NCBI RefSeq assembly: GCF_056712565.1
Contig: NZ_CM160072.1
Length of the DNA: 64,000 bases
Direction: 5' to 3' (one strand)
Under the pieces are notes generated by a model. That model ran no database searches. It was given only the letters and a program-made list of their open reading frames with translations, and was not told where the DNA came from. Of the stretch, positions 58,830-64,000 are shown piece by piece. The position numbers and the translations under genes are program-made. Every line of letters begins with the position of its first letter. Within the stretch, counting starts at the first letter, position 1.

Positions 58830-59942
58830 CCATTCCTTACCGCGTGCGTCGTTGTAAATATCGGTCATTTTTTGATTCGAATGGCCCAGCAAAATTTTGG
58901 TATCAACCCCCTGCTCTCTGAACAATCGCTCTGATAAAGATCTCTGCTCATGGAAAGAGGGTGGGGTGCCATTAGCACGCCAGTTGTAATCCACAGAATC
59001 CCGGGCTTTTTTAAATGCAACGGTTAATGTTGCTGGCTTAACCATCCCGCCGCGCTTAGCTGTCCCTTTCGCGTGATGGTGGTGCAATAGCCACGGACTA
59101 AGAACGCAATCGCGGCAGGATGACACCACATCATCTAGGGTGAGATTTAATTTATCGCAACGCAGAGCCAGAGGGATGGCAATCCGGGTTCCTGTTTTTT
59201 GCTGTTCGACATGAAGATAACCATCCCGGATATCCGAAAATTGCATTTTGCAAATATCTGAAAGGCGCTGGCCTGTCATCAGTGCCAGCAGCATACCGCG
59301 CTGTAAAAAGTAACCATCCTTTTCCGCTGCGTTATAAATCATCATCCACTCATCAAAAGTCAGTCGCTGTCTTGATATCCGCACCTGCGGTTTTTTTGCC
59401 GATTCTGCAGGGTTAAAGCCTGGCGGGACATCGCCCGTTTGCTGAGCTTCCCGGAAAACATCGATCAGTACTTTCCTGAAAATTTGTCCCATTCTGTTAT
59501 GTCCTCTGGCCTTGTACTCTTCCAGTACTGATACCACATCTTTTACGGTTATGGCATCTAACGGTCTGGTGCCAAAACGTTCATCAAATACCCTGAGAGG
59601 GGCCGCTTTCTGTTTCAGCGTGTTGAGTTTGATCTCGCCGTTTTCATATCTTTCCTGTTGAATTTTTCTGTAATTATTCAGAAAAATGGTAACGGTTGAT
59701 GAACCGCCGGTGTCACTAATAATTTTCTCCTGCAGACTGAGCATTTGTTCCATTTGCTGCCGGGCAAGACGGCTGTTCGCTTCTGCTGCAATAGTTTCTG
59801 CCAGTTTCTGGTCAATACTGCCGAGACCGTGATTTTTGCCTGTTATGGGATGCCTGTAACGCCAGTAAACTTTGTTATTTCTTTTGTCAAAATACGGAGA
59901 TAATCCCGGAACATCGGTTTTATATTTTCGCGGGCGCGCCAT
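58812..59942 (-). CDS. int: Lambda-family tyrosine integrase
   Basis: 376-aa ORF; strong resemblance to lambda Int including GQRLSDICKMQFSDI..YLHVEQQKTGTRIAIP and PPSFHEQRSLSERL..LLGHS...IYND (catalytic R, H-x-x-R, Y). Confidence 0.92.
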   Translation of the reverse strand: MARPRKYKTDVPGLSPYFDKRNNKVYWRYRHPITGKNHGLGSIDQKLAETIAAEANSRLARQQMEQMLSLQEKIISDTGGSSTVTIFLNNYRKIQQERYENGEIKLNTLKQKAAPLRVFDERFGTRPLDAITVKDVVSVLEEYKARGHNRMGQIFRKVLIDVFREAQQTGDVPPGFNPAESAKKPQVRISRQRLTFDEWMMIYNAAEKDGYFLQRGMLLALMTGQRLSDICKMQFSDIRDGYLHVEQQKTGTRIAIPLALRCDKLNLTLDDVVSSCRDCVLSPWLLHHHHAKGTAKRGGMVKPATLTVAFKKARDSVDYNWRANGTPPSFHEQRSLSERLFREQGVDTKILLGHSNQKMTDIYNDARGKEWKKLVI

Positions 59943-60168
59943 CTTCCAGTATCCTCTTCAAAGCAGGGTGATCTGTGGCGATCACCTCCGGCTTGTTTAC
60001 CATTCCGACAAAGCGAGCTTGCGGATCCACTCGCCAGCGTCTTCCAACTTTTTTGGGGAGAGGAAATATCATTCCGGCTTTAGCGTATTTACTTAACGTA
60101 CTCGGAGTAGGGACCGGTTCACTGAATTCCTCCTTTGCCCACTCAGTGAGCAGAATAAGTCTTGCCAT
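59920..60168 (-). CDS. xis: Excisionase (lambda Xis-like)
   Basis: 82-aa ORF immediately upstream of and overlapping int; LLTEWAKEEF...IFPLPKKVGRRWRV parallels lambda Xis LTLQEWNARQ...IFPPPVKDGREYLF. Confidence 0.75.
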   Translation of the reverse strand: MARLILLTEWAKEEFSEPVPTPSTLSKYAKAGMIFPLPKKVGRRWRVDPQARFVGMVNKPEVIATDHPALKRILEDGAPAKI

Positions 60169-60232
60169 GAGCGTCGTTCGCTAATCATGGTCGCCGCCAC
60201 TATAGCTGGTGGGCAACGACCGGGGTTGAACA

Positions 60233-60775
60233 TTAAAAATCAGCCTGATTTGGGATCAGTTTTTGCCAGATAGCTGAAACGTATTTTGCCTGGTAACGGG
60301 CGTCATCAAGTGCATTATGGCGCTCACCTTCGAATGGAATAGCCGTTCTGGCATCGAAGTCTATGGCTTTCCCCAGCTCAACGATTGTGCGTACATCGCG
60401 ATCGTTGTAGTAACGCCACGGGCAGGGGATCCCCTGCCGTTCGTATGAACGGCGCAAAATCGTGTTGTCGAAGTTGGCTCCATTTCCCCAAACCTGAACA
60501 AAAAATTCACCGGAGTTTTCGTCGATAAATTCCCGCAATTGTAACAGTGCATCATCTAACGGGATTTCATCGGTCATAATGGCAGATTGCGCTTCGCGTG
60601 ATTGCTTAAGCCACCATTTAATGGTGTCCCGATCAATGACTCCGCCAGCAGTTTCCAGATCGATAGTCTTACTAAATTCCGGTCCCATATCTCCGGTTTG
60701 CGGATCGAAAAATATTGCACCTATTGAGATGATCGGGGCATCAGGATTTTTTCCCATGGTTTCAAGGTCGATCAT
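60233..60775 (-). CDS. Phage-encoded DnaQ-like (DEDDh) 3'-5' exonuclease
   Basis: 180-aa ORF with Exo I (MIDLETMG), Exo II (WGNGANFD) and Exo III (HNALDDARYQ) motifs. Confidence 0.7.
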   Translation of the reverse strand: MIDLETMGKNPDAPIISIGAIFFDPQTGDMGPEFSKTIDLETAGGVIDRDTIKWWLKQSREAQSAIMTDEIPLDDALLQLREFIDENSGEFFVQVWGNGANFDNTILRRSYERQGIPCPWRYYNDRDVRTIVELGKAIDFDARTAIPFEGERHNALDDARYQAKYVSAIWQKLIPNQADF

Positions 60776-60808
60776 TAGATGGTCACACGTCCTGCTGGTG
60801 GATGTGAT

Positions 60809-62704
60809 TTAGTGATGACCGTTCACCTTAATTGGGTGATCTGCCGTCTCGCCAGTTTCATTATCGCTATTGTGATGCTGATTGCCGCCAGTGTTCTCCT
60901 TGTGTGGATGTTCAGCGCCTTCCATTTCCTCCGGATCATCTTCCTGAACTTCAACCTGATACTCTTCATCGAATGTTTCTTGGTATGTTGCGTCGCCCAT
61001 CACCGCGCCACAATCAGGACAGTTGCCGCCGCCGGTCTGACCGCAGGCGGTGCAGGCTTTTTCCACTTCCTGGTGCGCCACTGGTTCAGGCTGTTTCGTT
61101 TCTGGCTCGTTTTGTAACGCATTTGGACTGTTTTGTTCCGCTTTTTGGTAGTTCCGTTCCGATTCATGCTGGTTCTGGCTCACAGAATCGCGGGTCTGGA
61201 TCCCCTTAATCCATTTCGGATCATTCGGGTCACTAATCCCTTCAACAAATTCACCACGTGATGCAGCAAGCAACTTATCGGCGTCAGGCTGGCTGATATT
61301 GGCTGCCTGCATAATTTTGTTTACTTCGTCAGCGGTAACTTTTATCGGCTCTGGTTGTTCTGAATCTTCAGCGGTATCTACATTTTGCGGTAAGCCCGTG
61401 TATGTGCCATTTTTTCGGGCAAAATATTCTTCTTTTGTGATTTCAGTGGCGCCAGCAGCCAGTGCCTTATCCAGACCAGAAAGTTTGTTTGCGCGACCGT
61501 ATTTTTCTCCGTCCTTATCTGCGAAGAGGAAATAGAACGGCCCCTCACGCTCTACAGATGGTTCAGCTTCCGGCGCGGTTTCATTTTTTGGGATATCAGA
61601 TACCTCAGTTTCCACTGCATCAGTTTGTGTTTCTGATGACTGGAGAACATCAACAGTGCCCAGGTCTGTTTCTTCATTCTCAAACACGCCCTTTGTCGTC
61701 AGGTATTCGCAGATATATTTGTTCAGTGCTACGGGATCTTTGTGAATGTCGATCGGACGCTCACGGACAAGGCCAAAAATAGTTTGGCGGTCGTAGCGAA
61801 GGGCATCAGGCTGTTTGCGCATTGATGCCGAGATACGCTTCCAGTCTTCGCGGTCGTTGTCGATAACTTCTTTTTTTGCCCAGCGATGGATGCTGCCGTC
61901 AATGTTTCCGGCATCCACATCACCAGGCCAGAGAGCGTAGGCCAGTTCGTCATCCAGTGTTTTCCATGTCTGCTTGTATTCGCGATGAATGGCAGCAATG
62001 ACCGGGCTGATTTTTCCTGTTGAATTTTCAGTGTACTGTTGATTGGCTCTGGCGCGGGCGAGATCAACAACAGACGTGTATTTTCCGGTTTCCTTGCGTT
62101 CACCTTCGCGACGTTTTTTCCAGATGCGCATCTCTGCCTGAATTTCGGGCCATTTAGCACCAGGAATACATTTATGCTTAACCCACCCAATGGCGTGCAA
62201 CTTAAGATCCGGATACATGGCGTTAACTTCTGGCATTTTCATCAACGCTTCAACGATATGTCCGTCGAATGTTGCCATGTCTTCCTGCAACAATTCCTGT
62301 GCGCTAATAACCATATCAACGGTGATGTTTTCACATGTGTCGAACTTAACCATGACAGCGTTCTGTACTTCAGGGGCCAGCTTGTCAAAAGTGACGTTCA
62401 TCGGATCGGATTCAGTCTCGACCGGAACAAAGGAAGCAGACGCCTCATCCCAGCGGTTTTCCTGCATATATTCAGCATCCCAGGAATCGAGGGCTGGGCG
62501 GGGTATACCGGGTTTATCCTCGCAAACAAGAAATTTATAAGCGCAGTCCTGAGCAGCCGGATAATGTTCCAGGAATTGCCAGTGAAATTTTGCGCGGGCG
62601 CGACGTTCATCACCGGCTTCAATGGCAGTGGCTACAGCGACGGCACCTTCTTCCTTTATTGCCTGTTCGTCCGGAATGGCGGCGCAAATAAAGACTTTAC
62701 TCAT
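60809..62704 (-). CDS. Large acidic hypothetical protein (631 aa) of prophage early region; C-terminal Cys4 zinc-ribbon-like motif (CTACGQ...CPDCG) and His-rich tail
   Basis: Long uninterrupted ORF co-oriented with int/xis/exo; GAGGT Shine-Dalgarno 8 nt upstream of ATG at 62704; no family recognised by eye. Confidence 0.7.
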   Translation of the reverse strand: MSKVFICAAIPDEQAIKEEGAVAVATAIEAGDERRARAKFHWQFLEHYPAAQDCAYKFLVCEDKPGIPRPALDSWDAEYMQENRWDEASASFVPVETESDPMNVTFDKLAPEVQNAVMVKFDTCENITVDMVISAQELLQEDMATFDGHIVEALMKMPEVNAMYPDLKLHAIGWVKHKCIPGAKWPEIQAEMRIWKKRREGERKETGKYTSVVDLARARANQQYTENSTGKISPVIAAIHREYKQTWKTLDDELAYALWPGDVDAGNIDGSIHRWAKKEVIDNDREDWKRISASMRKQPDALRYDRQTIFGLVRERPIDIHKDPVALNKYICEYLTTKGVFENEETDLGTVDVLQSSETQTDAVETEVSDIPKNETAPEAEPSVEREGPFYFLFADKDGEKYGRANKLSGLDKALAAGATEITKEEYFARKNGTYTGLPQNVDTAEDSEQPEPIKVTADEVNKIMQAANISQPDADKLLAASRGEFVEGISDPNDPKWIKGIQTRDSVSQNQHESERNYQKAEQNSPNALQNEPETKQPEPVAHQEVEKACTACGQTGGGNCPDCGAVMGDATYQETFDEEYQVEVQEDDPEEMEGAEHPHKENTGGNQHHNSDNETGETADHPIKVNGHH

Positions 62705-62796
62705 TTTGTTTTACCTCATTACAGATTTAAGGGTGAACAAATCCCTGCCATTGCTGGCATATAAGAATGAAATCGGATGTTTATTACGGAACTGTT

Positions 62797-62988
62797 TTAA
62801 AGACCTGCCGGGATTTCGTTATTATCCTGGTGAATAACTTTATCGACCGGGTAACAGTTACCGGGAATTTTCTGTTCGGTTGCTGCAGTCACACACTCCT
62901 GCATTGTCCTGTGAACACTGACTGCAGTATCAACTGGCTCTCCGGAAACAAGAAAAACTGTCAGAACAAGTGCAAATGCTGTATTCAT
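62797..62988 (-). CDS. Small secreted/membrane protein (63 aa, signal-peptide-like N-terminus MNTAFALVLTVFLVSG, two Cys)
   Basis: ORF 62797..63042; start placed at ATG 62988 with AGGA Shine-Dalgarno 9 nt upstream. Confidence 0.45.
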   Translation of the reverse strand: MNTAFALVLTVFLVSGEPVDTAVSVHRTMQECVTAATEQKIPGNCYPVDKVIHQDNNEIPAGL

Positions 62989-63738
62989 TGCCAGCATCCT
63001 TTTTGTATCGGACGTAAACGGGCCAACATTGAAAGAATGCATATTTTATTTAATAGCTCCCGTTCGTGTTTTCTCTTGTTAATGGCATCTTCAGTAAATA
63101 CAGGGTTACTGATAGTGACACCAATTTCAAAACAACCTTCAGACGTATTAACGTTTGGTAATAACGTTTCCATTATCGCGTCCTCAACAATGAATTTTGT
63201 GATGCGGTGCCTGGTGCTTCCAGGTGACGTTAACCAGTTAACAATTAACGCCGGATACAGAGAATCCACCCATAACACTGTTTTTGGTTTTAACTGTTCC
63301 GCGTGCGCTTAGCCGCATTCACCGCATCACAAAATTCACTTTAAAAAGGGCGGCAGAGCAGTCACGGAGTAAAACTGATACCGCCAAACGTCACCAGAAA
63401 ATTGATAACAGAGGGCGTTGCAGCGGGGTTGTCACTTAAGCGTATGGTCAACCTGACAACCCGGTGTCCTCAACGGTGGAAGGAATAACCCCGCCATACT
63501 TACCGCCGCGCCATTTCGCGGATTGCCACAACCGGAAGCGCACGGTCGACGAAAATTTAACGACAGGCTATCTATGAACCAGCTACCTCGCCGTGCGCTT
63601 TCGCGTTATGGTCTGACTTTTCAGGGAAATATCCTTTCAGTAAACTGTCAGTGCCGGATGCTCACCCGTGTCCGGCGCACGCACTCCACCTCACCCGTGG
63701 AGAACTCCTTAATTACCAACCTTAGCTTCGTTGGTTAG

Positions 63739-63960
63739 CTATTCACGCGGGTATGTAATCATTCTGGCAATGCTTAATGCCGCTGCTTTTTCCAGATTGG
63801 TGATATCCTGCTCCAGAGCGGACAGATTTTCAGCCTGCTTAGCCCTGGCTTCATTGGCCCATTTCAAATCCTGCGCTGCATTAATTTTCTGGCGCATCCA
63901 CTCATAAAGTTCATCATTGGTATAGTCTGGCGCGATGATGACGGGTTCTCGTTTCTGCAT
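63739..63960 (-). CDS. Hypothetical phage protein (73 aa, predicted helical, ..LSALEQDITNLEKAAA..)
   Basis: ORF with GAGGAA Shine-Dalgarno 7 nt upstream of ATG; co-oriented with prophage early genes. Confidence 0.5.
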   Translation of the reverse strand: MQKREPVIIAPDYTNDELYEWMRQKINAAQDLKWANEARAKQAENLSALEQDITNLEKAAALSIARMITYPRE

Positions 63961-64000
63961 ACTGATTCCTCGCGGTGCTGCTTCGCTTATCAGCCGTTAG

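Larger units (their letters stand above)
58805..64000 (-). mobile_element. Left arm of a lambda-like prophage or integrative element inserted at the ompW 3' end (int-xis-exonuclease-early genes); extends beyond the window
   Basis: Lambda-family integrase and excisionase followed by same-strand phage-type early genes; K-12 has no such insertion next to ompW (from memory). Confidence 0.8.

Noticed and set aside
62039-63312. Plus-strand ORFs of 241 aa and 181 aa (Cys-rich) in the prophage region, and the 97-aa minus-strand ORF at 62985-63278
   Set aside because: They overlap the better-supported minus-strand genes (631-aa protein, small secreted protein) in other frames and lack ribosome-binding sites; judged spurious, though the 62985-63278 frame cannot be fully excluded.
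63523-63738. 71-aa plus-strand ORF (MPQPEAHGRRKFNDRL...) in the prophage region
   Set aside because: Opposite orientation to all neighbouring phage genes, Arg/Ser-rich low-complexity translation and no ribosome-binding site; more likely non-coding regulatory DNA.

Overview
This window reads as an Escherichia coli-type chromosomal segment (the K-12 'dhaR to ompW' neighbourhood, about 27-28 min), almost entirely conserved core genes. All identifications rest on reading the supplied six-frame translations and the DNA by eye; no database search was run, and comparisons to K-12 are from memory. Gene order: dhaR (5'-truncated by the window edge), ychF, pth, ychH, dauA, prs, ispE, lolB, hemA, prfA, prmC, ychQ, ychA, kdsA, one ldr type-I toxin copy, chaA, chaB, chaC, ychN, ychO, narL, narX, narK, narGHJI, two tandem tRNA-Tyr genes with the classic tyrT promoter, purU, ychJ, rssA, rssB, galU, hns, tdk, adhE, ychE, oppABCDF, yciU, clsA, yciY, kch, yciI, tonB, yciA, yciB, yciC, ompW. 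Accessory content is limited to four places: (1) a lambda-like integrase/excisionase module immediately 3' of ompW, beginning a prophage or integrative element that runs off the window end and carries a DEDDh exonuclease, a 631-aa acidic protein of unknown function with a Cys4 motif, and small ORFs; (2) an IS186-like IS4-family element just downstream of narI; (3) an internally deleted IS4 copy between tdk and adhE; (4) a 58-aa His-rich putative lipoprotein gene with a CRP-like palindrome in the dhaR-ychF gap where K-12 carries ycgV. I found no CRISPR array, no rRNA, and no obvious complete novel multi-gene system in the core part; the best candidates for undescribed biology are the prophage early-region genes and the small His-rich lipoprotein locus.
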